64,000 nt of DNA from the NCBI GenBank assembly GCA_041192105.1, contig JBEENS010000003.1:12048-76047 (forward strand), given 5' to 3'. Made by a program: the position numbers and the translations under genes. The stretch is from Pseudomonadota bacterium. GTDB lineage: Bacteria; Pseudomonadota; Alphaproteobacteria; Micropepsales; Micropepsaceae. Of the stretch, positions 32,661 to 43,609 are shown piece after piece (positions within the stretch are counted from its first letter, which is position 1; each line of letters starts with the position of its first letter). Below the pieces are notes generated by a model. That model was not told where the DNA came from, ran no database searches, and saw nothing but the letters and a program-made list of their open reading frames with translations.

Positions 32661-34073
32661 CTAGCGCACTGCGTGATCGGCCAGCACCTGGGCGATGGAC
32701 GATGCCAGTTTCTTGGCAAAGGGAATGTGCAGGAATTCGTTGGGGCCATGGGCGTTGGAATGCGGCCCCAGCAATCCCGTCACCACGAATTGGGTGCCGG
32801 GGAATTTTTCGCCCAGCATCGCCATGAAGGGAATCGAGCCGCCTTCACCCTGATAGGCGACCGGCTTGCCGAAGGCCCCATGGCTGGCCTTGTTCAGGGA
32901 CGCTTCCAGCCACGGCGCCAGGGTGGGCGCGTTCCAGCCATTCTCGCCGCGCGGTGCATCGAACACCACTTCGGCCTCATAGGGTGCGTCTTTCTCCAGC
33001 GCGGTCTTGACCGCGGCGCGCGCTTTTTCGGCGTCGCCAGTGGGCGGCACGCGCAGGCTGAGCTTGGCGACGCTATAGGGCAACAGCACGTTGCCGCCAT
33101 TGCGCGGCAGCGGGTAACCCTCCATGCCGGTCACCGCCAGTTGCGGCCGCCAGGTTTTTTCCAGAATCAATTCCGCATTGTTGCCGGCCATGGGCTTGGT
33201 CGTGCCGGCGAAAGGCAGTTCTGACCATACTTCGTCGCCGAGTATTTCGGCCGCCTGTTTGGCCTGCGTCTGCCGGTCCTGTGGGATCTCCACAAACAAT
33301 TCGGGCAGGGTCATGCGGCCGGTCGCCTGATCCTCGATGCGCGACAGCAGGCTGCGTAGGATACGGAAGGATGATGGCACGATGCCGCTGGCCGCGCCCG
33401 AATGCACGCCCTCGGTCGTGACGCGCACGGTCAGGTTGCCGATCACCATGCCGCGCAGCGATGTGGTCAGCCACAATTGCTCGTAATTGCCGCAACCGGA
33501 ATCTAGGCACACGACCAGATCGGGCGTGCCGATCTTTGCTGCCAGATGGTCGATATAGAAGGGCAGGTCGGGCGAACCGGATTCCTCCGACGCCTCGATG
33601 ATAATGACGGCACGGCCATGGGCGATGCCTTGTTCTTTCAGCGCCAGCAGCGCGGCGATGCTGGCGAACATCGCATAGCCGTCATCGGCGCCGCCGCGCC
33701 CATAGAGCTTGACGCCCTTCTTCACCGGCTGCCACGGGCCGGTGCCCTCGGCCCAGCCCGCCATTTCCGGCTGCTTGTCGAGATGGCCGTACATTAAGAC
33801 GGTGCCGGACGCCTCACCGGGAATTTCAATGAAGATCAGCGGCGTGCGCTTTGGCAACCGCACCACTTCCAAGGCCGCGCCGGGAAAGGATTTCAGCTTG
33901 CCGCGCGCCCAGTCGGCGAACATGGTCACGGCCTTTTCCATATGGCTGTGCTTTTCCCAGTCGGCGTCGAAAGCCGGGCTCTTGTTGGGAATGCGGATGT
34001 ACTCGGTCAGAACCGGGATGATCTCGTCATCCCAGATCTTGTCCATGAATGACGCAACGCGCGAAAAATCCAT
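32661..34073 (-). CDS. M20-family metallopeptidase/dipeptidase
   Basis: MYGHLDKQP and GRGGADDGY metal-site motifs and IIIEASEESGS. Its ATG overlaps the maeB stop (TAATG). Confidence 0.85.
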   Translation of the reverse strand: MDFSRVASFMDKIWDDEIIPVLTEYIRIPNKSPAFDADWEKHSHMEKAVTMFADWARGKLKSFPGAALEVVRLPKRTPLIFIEIPGEASGTVLMYGHLDKQPEMAGWAEGTGPWQPVKKGVKLYGRGGADDGYAMFASIAALLALKEQGIAHGRAVIIIEASEESGSPDLPFYIDHLAAKIGTPDLVVCLDSGCGNYEQLWLTTSLRGMVIGNLTVRVTTEGVHSGAASGIVPSSFRILRSLLSRIEDQATGRMTLPELFVEIPQDRQTQAKQAAEILGDEVWSELPFAGTTKPMAGNNAELILEKTWRPQLAVTGMEGYPLPRNGGNVLLPYSVAKLSLRVPPTGDAEKARAAVKTALEKDAPYEAEVVFDAPRGENGWNAPTLAPWLEASLNKASHGAFGKPVAYQGEGGSIPFMAMLGEKFPGTQFVVTGLLGPHSNAHGPNEFLHIPFAKKLASSIAQVLADHAVR

Positions 34074-36328
34074 TACCGGTTGATATCATAGGCCGCGATC
34101 ACCGCGGCATTGTAGATTTCGCTCATCTTGGCGCCCAGGGGCGCGATCTGCACCGATTTCTCCAGGCCCACCAGCATCGGACCCATCACACTGGCCCCGC
34201 CCATCTGCTGCAGCAGCTTGGTGGAAATCGAGGCGGAATGAACCGCCGGCATGATCAGCACATTGGCGGTGTCGGTGATACGGGCGAAGGGATACAGCGC
34301 CAGCTTGTCCTTATCCAGGGCCACGTCGACCGCCATTTCGCCGTCATACTCGAATTCGACGCCGCGATTTTCCAGGATCTGCACCGCCTCGATGATGCGC
34401 TCGCTGCGTTCGCTGCGCGGAAAGCCGAAGGTGGATGACGCCAGCAGCGCCACGCGCGGCGTCAGGCCGAACCGCTTGGCGACGGCGGCGCCCTGCACTG
34501 CGATGTCGGCCAGCTGGTCGGCGGTGGGCATTTCCGTCACCGACGTATCGGCGATCAAAACCACCCGGCCCTTGGCGAAGATCACCTGCATGCCCATAGG
34601 GCGCTGGCCAGCCGGCGGGTCCAGTACCGTGCGCACATCGGCCAGGGCATTGGCGTAATTGCGCGTCACGCCCGTCACCATGGCGTCGGCGTCGCCCGCC
34701 TTGACCATGGAGGCGGCATAGATGTTGCGGTCATTGGTCACCATGCGCACGGCATCGCGGTGCAATCCGCCGCGGCGCTGGATGCGCTTGTACAGCGCGT
34801 CGATATAGGGCGCGGCTTCCTGCGCCGAATGCGGCACGCGGATCTCGATCAGATCCTCGTCCAGTCCGGCGCGGCGCAGGCCCTGCTTCACCACATCGAT
34901 GCGGCCGACCAGCACCGCCTTGCCCATGCCGGAATTCTGGAAGGCGGCGGCGGCGCGGATCACCGAATCCTCCTCGCCTTCCGCGAACACCACGCGCTTG
35001 GGCATGGCCCGCACGGCATTGGTGACCATCTGGAACAGGCCCGCCGACGGGTCCAGCCGCGCCGACAGTTTAAACTGATAGGCGGCGAGATCGGGAATCG
35101 GCTTCTTGGCGACGCCGCTTTTCATCGCCGCTTCCGCCACCGCCGCCGAGACGCGGCTGATCAAACGCGGATCGAAGGGCGACGGGATGATGTATTCGGG
35201 ACCATAGACCGGCCGCGCGCCGCGATAGGCGACGGCGACTTCGTCGGGCACATCCTCGCGCGCCAGGGCGGCGATGGCTTGCGCGGCAGCGATTTTCATT
35301 TCTTCATTGATGGTGGTGGCGCGCACATCCAGCGCGCCGCGGAAAATATAGGGGAAGCCCAGCACATTGTTGACCTGGTTGGGATAGTCGCTGCGCCCGG
35401 TGGCGACGATGACATCGCCGCGCACCGCCTTGGCATCCTCGGGGGTGATTTCCGGATCGGGATTGGCCATGGCGAAGATGATCGGCGAGGCCGCCATGGA
35501 ACGCACCATGTCGGGCGTCAGCGCGCCCTTGGCCGACAGGCCCAGGAACACATCGCAGCCCACCATCGCGTCCGACAGGGTGCGGGCCTTGGTGTCCACC
35601 GCATGGGCCGACTTCCACTGGTTCATGCCTTCGGTGCGGCCGCGATAGACCACGCCCTTGGTGTCGCACAACACGATGTTCTCGCCTTTGACGCCCATGG
35701 ACTTCAGAAGCTCCAGGCAGGCAATGCCCGCTGCGCCCGCGCCGTTCACCACCACCTTGATGTCGGCCAGTTTGCGGTTGGTAAGATGGGCGGCGTTGAT
35801 GACGCCCGCCGCGCTGATGATGGCGGTGCCATGCTGGTCGTCATGGAACACCGGAATGTCCATCAGCTCTCGCAGCCGTTCCTCAATGATGAAACAGTCC
35901 GGCGCCTTGATGTCTTCCAGGTTGATGCCGCCGAAGCTGGGGCCGAGATAGCGCACTGCATTGATGAACTGCTCGACATCCTTGGTGTCGACTTCCAGGT
36001 CGATGGAGTTCACATCGGCGAACCGCTTGAACAGCACCGACTTGCCTTCCATCACCGGCTTGGATGCCAGGGCGCCCAGATCGCCCAGCCCCAGGATGGC
36101 GGTGCCGTTGGAGATGACGGCAACCAGGTTGCCGCGGGTGGTGTATTCCCAGGCCAGCTCGGGATTTTCGGCGATGCGCAGCACCGGCACGGCGACGCCC
36201 GGCGAATAGGCCAGGGAGAGATCGCGCTGGGTCGCCATCGGCTTGGTGGGATTGATTTCCAGCTTGCCGGGCTTGGAGCCGGCGTGAAAGGCAAGGGCTT
36301 CGTCGTCGGTGAAAGTCGGGCGTGACAT
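34073..36328 (-). CDS. maeB: NADP-dependent malic enzyme (malic plus phosphotransacetylase-like domains)
   Basis: KPGKLEINPTKPMATQRDLSLAYSPGVA, GLGDLGA, VNGAGAAGIA, and a C-terminal PTA-like domain. I chose the start at MSRPTF (36328) and rejected the upstream 137-codon extension. Confidence 0.93.
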   Translation of the reverse strand: MSRPTFTDDEALAFHAGSKPGKLEINPTKPMATQRDLSLAYSPGVAVPVLRIAENPELAWEYTTRGNLVAVISNGTAILGLGDLGALASKPVMEGKSVLFKRFADVNSIDLEVDTKDVEQFINAVRYLGPSFGGINLEDIKAPDCFIIEERLRELMDIPVFHDDQHGTAIISAAGVINAAHLTNRKLADIKVVVNGAGAAGIACLELLKSMGVKGENIVLCDTKGVVYRGRTEGMNQWKSAHAVDTKARTLSDAMVGCDVFLGLSAKGALTPDMVRSMAASPIIFAMANPDPEITPEDAKAVRGDVIVATGRSDYPNQVNNVLGFPYIFRGALDVRATTINEEMKIAAAQAIAALAREDVPDEVAVAYRGARPVYGPEYIIPSPFDPRLISRVSAAVAEAAMKSGVAKKPIPDLAAYQFKLSARLDPSAGLFQMVTNAVRAMPKRVVFAEGEEDSVIRAAAAFQNSGMGKAVLVGRIDVVKQGLRRAGLDEDLIEIRVPHSAQEAAPYIDALYKRIQRRGGLHRDAVRMVTNDRNIYAASMVKAGDADAMVTGVTRNYANALADVRTVLDPPAGQRPMGMQVIFAKGRVVLIADTSVTEMPTADQLADIAVQGAAVAKRFGLTPRVALLASSTFGFPRSERSERIIEAVQILENRGVEFEYDGEMAVDVALDKDKLALYPFARITDTANVLIMPAVHSASISTKLLQQMGGASVMGPMLVGLEKSVQIAPLGAKMSEIYNAAVIAAYDINR

Positions 36329-36448
36329 CTGTTCCCTGCCTGCTGTTTTTATGGTTCTGGATGGATTTTCCACAGAATAACAACTCGGCCGCGCTTTGCA
36401 CGAAGCTTCGGTGACGCGCCCGATGCGCACCTCTGCTAGCATTGCCGC

Positions 36449-39154
36449 ATGAGCGAGATGGACCTCGGTATACAGTCTGCAGAAGCGCTGGATGTGGGCG
36501 ACGCCACCCCCATGATGGCGCAATATCTCGCGCTGAAAGCGGCGCACACGGATTATCTGCTGTTTTACCGGATGGGGGATTTCTACGAGCTCTTCTTCGC
36601 GGACGCAGCAAAAGCCGCCGAGGCGCTCGACATCGCCCTGACCAAGCGCGGCAAGCATCAGGGCGAGGACATCCCCATGTGTGGCGTGCCGGTGCATGCC
36701 GCCGAGTCCTATCTGGAAAAACTGATCCGCAAGGGTCACCGGGTGGCGGTGTGCGAACAGGTCGAAGACCCCGCCGAAGCCAGGAAGCGCGGCGCCAAGT
36801 CGGTGGTCAAGCGCGAGGTGGTGCGGCTGGTGACGCCCGGCACCCTGACCGAAGACGCGCTGCTGGAAGCGCGCGCCTCCAATCTTCTGGCCGCGCTGGG
36901 GCGCAGCGGCGCGGAGTTCGCGCTGGCCAGCGCCGACATGTCCACCGGCGAATTTTCCGTCGCCGCCGTGGGCGCAGCTGAGATCGCCACCGAACTGGCG
37001 CGGCTGTCGCCGCGCGAACTTTTGATTCCCGATGCGCTATTGGCGGGGAGCGTCGGCGAGAGCCGGAGCGACCAAAATAATGTAGATTTCGCCGCGCTGT
37101 TCAAATCGCTGGGCGCGGCGTTGTCGCCGCTGCCTGCCAGCAGGTTTGATTCCGTCAATGGCGAGCGCGCGCTCAAGGCGCATTACAACATACTGTCGCT
37201 GGACGGATTGGGTGCGTTCAGCCGCGCCGAGCTGTCGGCGGCGGGTGCGCTGATCGCCTATCTGGAATTGACCCAGAAGGGCCGCAAGGTGGCCTTGCAG
37301 CGTATCGCGCGGGTTTCGCCATCACATTTCATGGGCATCGACGCGGCGACGCGGCGCAATCTGGAACTGACCCAGACACTGGCCGGACAGCGCAGTGGTT
37401 CGCTGCTTGCTAGAATCGACCACACCGTGACGGCCAGCGGGGCGCGCATGCTGGCGGGACGTCTGGCGGCGCCGCTCACCGATGTGAAGACCATCGCCGC
37501 ACGGCATGATGCGGTGGAAGCGTTTGCCAAGGATTCTGAATTGCGCCGCAAGGGGCGTGAAGCCTTGCGCGCCGCGCCCGATATCGCCCGTGCATTGGGG
37601 CGCCTGTCGGTGGCGCGGGGCGGGCCGCGCGACCTTGCCAACCTGCGCGACGGCATCAAGGCGGCGCGCGGTTTGCGGGAGGGCCTGAAGAAAGAATCGC
37701 TGGGCGGCGAGGCGGTGTCGGCAATTGACGCGCTCACCCAGAATATCGCCGCAGTATCGCGCCTGTCCGACCGGCTGGAATTCCTGCTGGTGGACGAGCC
37801 GCCCTATCTGGCGCGCGATGGCGGCTTCATCAAGACCGGGGCGCATGCGCCGCTGGATGAATTGCGGGCGCTGCGCGATGAATCCCGCCGCGTCATCGCC
37901 GCGCTGGAAGGCAAGTATCGCCAGTCCAGCAGCGTGATCCAGCTCAAGATCAAGCATAACGGCGTGCTGGGCTATTTCATCGAAGTCAGCCAGCAGCATG
38001 CTGATAAATTGATGGCCGATAAGGATACCTTCCGCCATCGCCAGACCATGGCGGGCGCGGTGCGTTTTTCGACCGACGAACTGGCGACCTTGGCCTCGCG
38101 CATCAGCGAAGCGGGCGAAGCTGCGCTGGCGCTGGAAAGCGGGCTGTTCGACGAAATGGTGATGCTGGGCATCGAGCATGGCGAAGCCTTGTCGGCTATC
38201 GCCGATGCGCTGGGCATTCTGGATGTCGCGGCGTCGCTGGGTGAACTCGCCATTGCCGGTCGCTATGTGCGCCCAAAGATGGATGGCGGTCTTGCCTTCG
38301 ACATCCAGCGCGGCCGCCATCCCGTGGTGGAAGCGGCGCTTCAAGTGGGTAATGCCGGGCCTTTCGTGCCCAATGACTGCGACCTGGGGCCGAAAGCAAA
38401 AGGCCGCCTGTGGCTGGTCACCGGTCCCAACATGGCGGGCAAATCCACTTTCCTGCGCCAGAATGCGCTGATCGCCATCCTCGCCCAGACGGGTTCGTTC
38501 GTGCCGGCGGAAGCCGCACATATCGGCGTGGTGGACCGGCTCTTCTCCCGCGTCGGGGCAGGTGACGATCTGGCGGCGGGGCGATCCACCTTCATGGTCG
38601 AGATGGTTGAGACCGCCGCCATTCTCAACCAGGCGACGCCGCGCTCGCTGGTGATATTGGACGAGATCGGACGCGGCACCGCCACCTATGACGGGTTGGC
38701 GATTGCCTGGGCGGCGGCGGAACATCTGCACGAGACCAACAAGAGCCGCGCGCTGTTCGCCACTCATTATCACGAGATGGTGGCGCTATGTGAACGCCTG
38801 CCGGCGATGGCCGCCTACACCATGAAGGTGCGCGAATGGAATGACAGCATCGTCTTCCTGCATGAAGTGATGGCCGGCGCCGCCGACCGTTCCTATGGCA
38901 TTCATGTCGCCAAGCTGGCGGGGCTTCCGGCTGCCGTGGTGACGCGGGCCGAGGAAGTACTGCATGCCCTGGAAGAAGGCCGTGAGGGCCACAAGCCGCT
39001 GGCCAGGATTGATGACCTGCCGCTGTTTGGTGCGTCCGCGCCGGTGGTCAAGGGCAGCGCGGTGGAAGATGCCCTGAAGACCATCGAGCCGGATGCCCTG
39101 ACGCCCAAGCAGGCGCTGGAAGTTCTCTATGACCTCAAGCGGAAATTGCCGTAA
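36449..39154 (+). CDS. mutS: DNA mismatch repair protein MutS
   Basis: TPMMAQYL...[13 protein letters not shown]-terminus, Walker [10 protein letters not shown], and DEIGRGT. The gene appears intact. Confidence 0.96.
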   Translation: MSEMDLGIQSAEALDVGDATPMMAQYLALKAAHTDYLLFYRMGDFYELFFADAAKAAEALDIALTKRGKHQGEDIPMCGVPVHAAESYLEKLIRKGHRVAVCEQVEDPAEARKRGAKSVVKREVVRLVTPGTLTEDALLEARASNLLAALGRSGAEFALASADMSTGEFSVAAVGAAEIATELARLSPRELLIPDALLAGSVGESRSDQNNVDFAALFKSLGAALSPLPASRFDSVNGERALKAHYNILSLDGLGAFSRAELSAAGALIAYLELTQKGRKVALQRIARVSPSHFMGIDAATRRNLELTQTLAGQRSGSLLARIDHTVTASGARMLAGRLAAPLTDVKTIAARHDAVEAFAKDSELRRKGREALRAAPDIARALGRLSVARGGPRDLANLRDGIKAARGLREGLKKESLGGEAVSAIDALTQNIAAVSRLSDRLEFLLVDEPPYLARDGGFIKTGAHAPLDELRALRDESRRVIAALEGKYRQSSSVIQLKIKHNGVLGYFIEVSQQHADKLMADKDTFRHRQTMAGAVRFSTDELATLASRISEAGEAALALESGLFDEMVMLGIEHGEALSAIADALGILDVAASLGELAIAGRYVRPKMDGGLAFDIQRGRHPVVEAALQVGNAGPFVPNDCDLGPKAKGRLWLVTGPNMAGKSTFLRQNALIAILAQTGSFVPAEAAHIGVVDRLFSRVGAGDDLAAGRSTFMVEMVETAAILNQATPRSLVILDEIGRGTATYDGLAIAWAAAEHLHETNKSRALFATHYHEMVALCERLPAMAAYTMKVREWNDSIVFLHEVMAGAADRSYGIHVAKLAGLPAAVVTRAEEVLHALEEGREGHKPLARIDDLPLFGASAPVVKGSAVEDALKTIEPDALTPKQALEVLYDLKRKLP

Positions 39155-39163
39155 ACTGGCGCG

Positions 39164-39637
39164 ATGAGCAGCCCCGCCAGCCGCGCCCCGCGCAAATTCC
39201 TGGTCGTGATCGACAAGACGCCGGAATGCGCCGTGGCGCTGCGTTTCGCCACCCGCCGGGCCCAGCATACCGGCGGCCGGGTCACCCTGATGTGCGCCGC
39301 CACCCTGCCGGACTTCCAGCAATGGCGCGGGGTCGAGGAGATCATGCGCGACGAGGCCCATGCCGAAGCCGAAGCCATGCTGCACGAGGCCGCCAAGACG
39401 GTGAACGAGCTGGGCGGGATATTGCCGGAGCTGGTGATACCTTACGGGCTGGTCACAGACTGCCTCGCCCAGATGTTGAAGGAAGACAAAGACATCTCGA
39501 TCCTGGTGCTGGCCTCCGGCGCCGGCAAGGAAGGCCCCGGGCCGCTGGTCTCCATGTTCGGGGCGGCAGTGCAGGCGATTCCGGTGACGATTGTGCCGGG
39601 CAATTTCACTAATGAAAAAATAGACGCACTCGCTTAA
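39164..39637 (+). CDS. Universal stress protein family
   Basis: UspA-like size and pattern (KFLVVIDKTPE ... ILVLASGAGKEGPGPL). Confidence 0.7.
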   Translation: MSSPASRAPRKFLVVIDKTPECAVALRFATRRAQHTGGRVTLMCAATLPDFQQWRGVEEIMRDEAHAEAEAMLHEAAKTVNELGGILPELVIPYGLVTDCLAQMLKEDKDISILVLASGAGKEGPGPLVSMFGAAVQAIPVTIVPGNFTNEKIDALA

Positions 39638-39654
39638 ACAAATCGGGGGCCGCC

Positions 39655-40626
39655 ATGTGGGATTTCAGCTTTGCACGCGCCATCTCCATGCTGCTGCGGA
39701 CTTTGCCCTTCATCATCCTGCGCTTGGTCGTCTATGCCGCGATCACCATCGCGTATTTGTTCGCGGTGGGTACCGGCGCGGGTATCGGCTGGCTGCTGGG
39801 CCGGGTCGCCAGCGTGGAAGGCGCGGCGGGCGGCGCCTTCTGGGGCGGGTTTATCGGTTTCGGCCTGACCAGCGCCATTCTCTATCTGCTGCGCGAATAT
39901 CTGCTCTATCTGGTCAAGGCCGCCCATATCGCCGTGCTGGTGGAATTGCTGGACGGAAAATCCATTCCCGCCGGGCAGAACCAGCTCAGCTATGGCACCG
40001 CCAGCGTCCGGGCGCATTTCACCCAAAGCTCGGTCCTGTTCGGCCTGGATCAATTGATAAAGGGCGTGATCGGCGTCATTGTCGGCCTGATGCGCGGCGT
40101 GGCGGGCATGCTGCCGATCCCCGCGCTGCAGACCCTGATGAACATCATCAATGCGGTAATGCGCATGTCGCTGACCTATGTCGACGAGATCATCCTGGCC
40201 TATCTGCTGCGCACCCGCAGCGACAATCCCTTCGCCGCGGCACAGGATGGGCTGGTGCTCTATGCGCAGAATTATCGCCACCTGCTGAAGAACGCGGCGT
40301 GGCTGACCTTGCTGATCTGGCTGGCCAGCTTTGGCCTGTTCCTGATTTTCCTGTCGCCCGCCGCCGCCCTGCTGGCGCTGTTTCCGCGCGCCGCCTCGGC
40401 ATGGGTGTTCGCGTTCGCCTTCCTGTTCGCCTGGGCGATCAAGAAGGCAGTGATGGAGCCCATCGCCATTGCCGCCCTGATGCAGGTCTATTTCGCCGCC
40501 ATCGCTGGTCAGAAGCCGGACCCGGACTGGCGGATGCGGCTGGACGAATGTTCGGCCCGGTTCCGTGAACTGGGCAAAAAGGCCGCCGACTGGATCGGCG
40601 GAAAAGCCGCGCCCCGGCCGATCTGA
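39655..40626 (+). CDS. Hypothetical polytopic membrane protein
   Basis: Six or more hydrophobic helices. No recognisable family. Confidence 0.5.
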   Translation: MWDFSFARAISMLLRTLPFIILRLVVYAAITIAYLFAVGTGAGIGWLLGRVASVEGAAGGAFWGGFIGFGLTSAILYLLREYLLYLVKAAHIAVLVELLDGKSIPAGQNQLSYGTASVRAHFTQSSVLFGLDQLIKGVIGVIVGLMRGVAGMLPIPALQTLMNIINAVMRMSLTYVDEIILAYLLRTRSDNPFAAAQDGLVLYAQNYRHLLKNAAWLTLLIWLASFGLFLIFLSPAAALLALFPRAASAWVFAFAFLFAWAIKKAVMEPIAIAALMQVYFAAIAGQKPDPDWRMRLDECSARFRELGKKAADWIGGKAAPRPI

Positions 40627-40677
40627 TCCTTGGCCTGATGGCTTGCGCGCCGCCCCGGCCCGCCCGATAAACCGGTC

Positions 40678-40866
40678 ATGGGAAATATCCTTGTCGCCAT
40701 CGCCATCGGGATCGTCTTTGTGGTCCTGTGCCTGGGGCTTTACACCCTGATGAAGGGGGGCGAGGTCTCCCGCACATGGTCCAATAAACTCATGCGGATC
40801 AGGGTGTTAGCACAATTTGCCGCCATCGTGCTCATCATGGTGGTACTGTATCTCTCCCAGCGTTGA
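40678..40866 (+). CDS. Twin transmembrane helix small protein (HIG1-like)
   Basis: A 62-aa product with two TM helices and the MRIRVLAQ motif typical of the HIG_1_N-like family. Confidence 0.7.
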   Translation: MGNILVAIAIGIVFVVLCLGLYTLMKGGEVSRTWSNKLMRIRVLAQFAAIVLIMVVLYLSQR

Positions 40867-40921
40867 AGATTAGCGCTGCGGCTTATATGTAAGCCGCCTC
40901 CAAAACCGAAAAAGCAGAGCC

Positions 40922-42319
40922 ATGGCCAAGACGCTGTACGACAAGATCTGGGACGCCCATCTGGTGGATTCCACCCCCGGCGAGACCCCGGTCATCTACA
41001 TCGACCGGCATCTGGTCCATGAGGTCACCAGCCCCCAAGCCTTTGAAGGCCTGCGTCTGTCGGGCCGCAAGGTGCGCCGCCCGGAACTGACCCTGGCGGT
41101 GGCCGATCACAATGTCCCGACCAAGGACCGCGACAAGGGCATCACCGATCCGGAAAGCCGCGCTCAGGTCGAAGCCCTGAGGAAGAACACCGCCGATTTC
41201 GGCGTCGAATATTTTGCGATGGACGATGTGCGCGCCGGCATCGTGCACATCATCGGGCCGGAACAGGGCTGGACCCTGCCGGGCACCACCATCGTCTGCG
41301 GCGACAGCCACACCTCGACTCATGGCGCGTTCGGCGCGCTGGCCTTCGGCATCGGCACCTCGGAAGTCGAGCATGTGCTGGCGACCCAGACCCTGCGCGC
41401 CCAGCCGTCCAAGAACATGCGCGTGACGGTCAGGGGCAAGCTGCCCGATGGCGTGACCGCGAAGGACATCGCTCTGGCGGTGATCGCCAAGATCGGCACC
41501 GCCGGCGGCACCGGCTATGTCATCGAATATGCCGGTGATGCCGTGCGCGCTTTGTCGATGGAAGGGCGCATGACCCTGTGCAACCTGACCATCGAAGGCG
41601 GCGCCCGTGCCGGCCTGATCGCGGTCGATGACGTCACGCTGGACTATGTGAAGGGCAAGCCGCGTGCGCCCAAGGGCGCGGCCTTTGAAGGCGCGGCGAT
41701 GTACTGGAAGACCTTGCAGTCCGATCCGGATGCGAAGTTCGACGCCGAAGTGACTCTGGATGCGCGCGATATCGTGCCAATGGTGACCTGGGGCACCTCG
41801 CCGGAACAGGCGCTGCCGATCACCGCCAATGTCCCCGACCCGGCGAATATGCCCGACGCCCACAAGCGCGAAGCAGCCGAGCGGGCGCTGGCCTATATGG
41901 GCCTGACCGCCAATATGAAGATCACCGACATCCAGGTGGACCATGTCTTTATCGGCTCCTGTACCAATGGCCGCATCGAGGACCTGCGCGCCGCTGCCGC
42001 TGTGGCCAAGGGCAGGAAGGTGCATGCGACCGTCAACGCCATCGTGGTGCCGGGCTCCGGCCTGGTGAAAGAACAGGCCGAGGACGAAGGTCTGGACAAG
42101 GTGTTTCTCGACGCCGGCTTTGAATGGCGCGATCCGGGCTGTTCCATGTGCCTGGCGATGAACGCCGACAAGCTGAAGGAAGGCGAACGCTGCGCCTCCA
42201 CCTCCAACCGCAATTTTGAAGGCCGTCAGGGCCGCGGCGGCCGCACGCACCTCGTCTCGCCTGCGATGGCAGCGGCGGCGGCGGTGACGGGTCGCTTGAC
42301 CGACTGGCGGACGCTTTAG
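40922..42319 (+). CDS. leuC: 3-isopropylmalate dehydratase large subunit
   Basis: [15 protein letters not shown] start, [12 protein letters not shown], and aconitase-type cluster cysteines ([15 protein letters not shown]). Confidence 0.96.
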   Translation: MAKTLYDKIWDAHLVDSTPGETPVIYIDRHLVHEVTSPQAFEGLRLSGRKVRRPELTLAVADHNVPTKDRDKGITDPESRAQVEALRKNTADFGVEYFAMDDVRAGIVHIIGPEQGWTLPGTTIVCGDSHTSTHGAFGALAFGIGTSEVEHVLATQTLRAQPSKNMRVTVRGKLPDGVTAKDIALAVIAKIGTAGGTGYVIEYAGDAVRALSMEGRMTLCNLTIEGGARAGLIAVDDVTLDYVKGKPRAPKGAAFEGAAMYWKTLQSDPDAKFDAEVTLDARDIVPMVTWGTSPEQALPITANVPDPANMPDAHKREAAERALAYMGLTANMKITDIQVDHVFIGSCTNGRIEDLRAAAAVAKGRKVHATVNAIVVPGSGLVKEQAEDEGLDKVFLDAGFEWRDPGCSMCLAMNADKLKEGERCASTSNRNFEGRQGRGGRTHLVSPAMAAAAAVTGRLTDWRTL

Positions 42320-42321
42320 CT

Positions 42322-42470
42322 CACCTGTCATCCCCGGCGAGCGCGAAGCGCGAGGGAGTTCCTAGCGGCAGCGTAGGGACGATCCAGGTGGATAGACCGG
42401 GCGTGACCTGACCAGCTGGATTCCCTTCCCCTCGCATTGCTGCGCAATGCTCGGCCGGGAATGACAAGTG
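42322..42470. repeat. MITE/REP-like element, copy B (GGGAATGACAAG family)
   Basis: Shares the ACCTGTCATCCCCGG..GCGCGAAGCGCG left block and the CTGGATTCCC...GGGAATGACAAGTG right block with the element at 11794-11887, around a longer internal segment. Confidence 0.75.
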
Positions 42471-42525
42471 GGGCGTGGTTCACAAAAAGCTCAGCGGGTC
42501 TACGTCCACCGCGACGTGCACCCTT

Positions 42526-42614
42526 CTTGTCATGGTCCGCCTTAGTGCGGGCCATCCAGTTGAAGTCTGCGCTTGTCTCACCTGGGTGGCCCGGATTCCC
42601 GGGCCATGACAATG
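42526..42614. repeat. Second REP/MITE type (TTGTCATGG ... CCATGACAA ends)
   Basis: Imperfect terminal inverted repeats CTTGTCATGGTCCGC / GGGCCATGACAATG. Confidence 0.55.
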
Positions 42615-42662
42615 AAGAGTTGGTCAGGAAAACTTCTTGGTCCTGACGTCAGATATCTCTAG

Positions 42663-43604
42663 TCAGTTGCGATAGAGTTCGGCGCGGTCGCCCATGATCG
42701 CCGTCCAGGTCTCGCGCAGTTCGCTTTCAAACCCAGCGCGGGAGAATTGCGCCACGGTGGCGCGGCCCGCTTCGATCATCGGATTGGTCTGCCGCGATTC
42801 GTAAAGCCGGCAGGCATCGCGCAGCTTTTCGACAAAATCGTCATGGTCGCCGTCGGCGATCCAGTCGCCATTCTGCGCCGTCGCATACTCAGCTCCGCCA
42901 TGGCCGGTATAGCCCACCACATGACAGCCCGAGGCCATGGCCTCTAGGTTCATCAGCCCTAGGCTTTCCAGCAGCGGAAGCGCGGCATAGACCGCGCTCT
43001 GACCCATCACCTTGGCGCAATCGGCGCGCCTCATGTTGGTCAGCGGCACCCAGGGGACATGGGTATATGCGGGAACGCGCGCACCGAAATAGCCGCGCAG
43101 GAAATTGGCCTCTATCGGACGCTTGTGCGGGGCATAGGCGATCTGCAGGCGCTTCTCGGCTGGGATAAAAATTTCCGACACCGCCGGGCGCACCCGGCTG
43201 ATGGCATGCGTCACGCCCAGCGCCTTCAGGCGCGTGGCGCAGAAATCGCTGGCCACGATCAGCCGCGCAAAGGGATAGAAAATCAGATCGGCGATGCAGT
43301 CGAAGCCGGCGAAGGTGTAAAAGAACGCCTGGTGGTGCAGCACCTTGATGCAGGAAAGATTCTTCAGTTCCTTCAGCAGCGCCTTGTGATCCTCGCCCAC
43401 CACGATGATGTCGTCGGCCAGCAGCGGCGCTCCAGCGCGCACCGCCGGTACTGTGAATTTTCCGAAGCCGTCCGGCGCGCCGACATAATAGACTTTGGCG
43501 TTGATGCCCATCGCGTTCAGGGCGGTGATGTGCTCCAGCGCCACGAAATGCCCGCCGCTGACCGGCGGCAGGGTGAAGACGAAATAGATCGAATTTTTCG
43601 CCAT
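42663..43604 (-). CDS. Glycosyltransferase (GT-B, GT4-like)
   Basis: EX7E-type motif ESLGLMNLEAMASGCHVVG. I chose the start at MAKNSIYF (43604), which is 5 nt after the priA stop. Confidence 0.7.
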   Translation of the reverse strand: MAKNSIYFVFTLPPVSGGHFVALEHITALNAMGINAKVYYVGAPDGFGKFTVPAVRAGAPLLADDIIVVGEDHKALLKELKNLSCIKVLHHQAFFYTFAGFDCIADLIFYPFARLIVASDFCATRLKALGVTHAISRVRPAVSEIFIPAEKRLQIAYAPHKRPIEANFLRGYFGARVPAYTHVPWVPLTNMRRADCAKVMGQSAVYAALPLLESLGLMNLEAMASGCHVVGYTGHGGAEYATAQNGDWIADGDHDDFVEKLRDACRLYESRQTNPMIEAGRATVAQFSRAGFESELRETWTAIMGDRAELYRN

Positions 43605-43609
43605 GGGTC

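Noticed and set aside
36329-36739. A 137-codon N-terminal extension of maeB in the ORF track.
   Set aside because: The canonical malic enzyme N-terminus (MSRPTFTDDEALAFH...) begins at 36328. The extension would run through the divergent mutS promoter region and into the mutS coding start.
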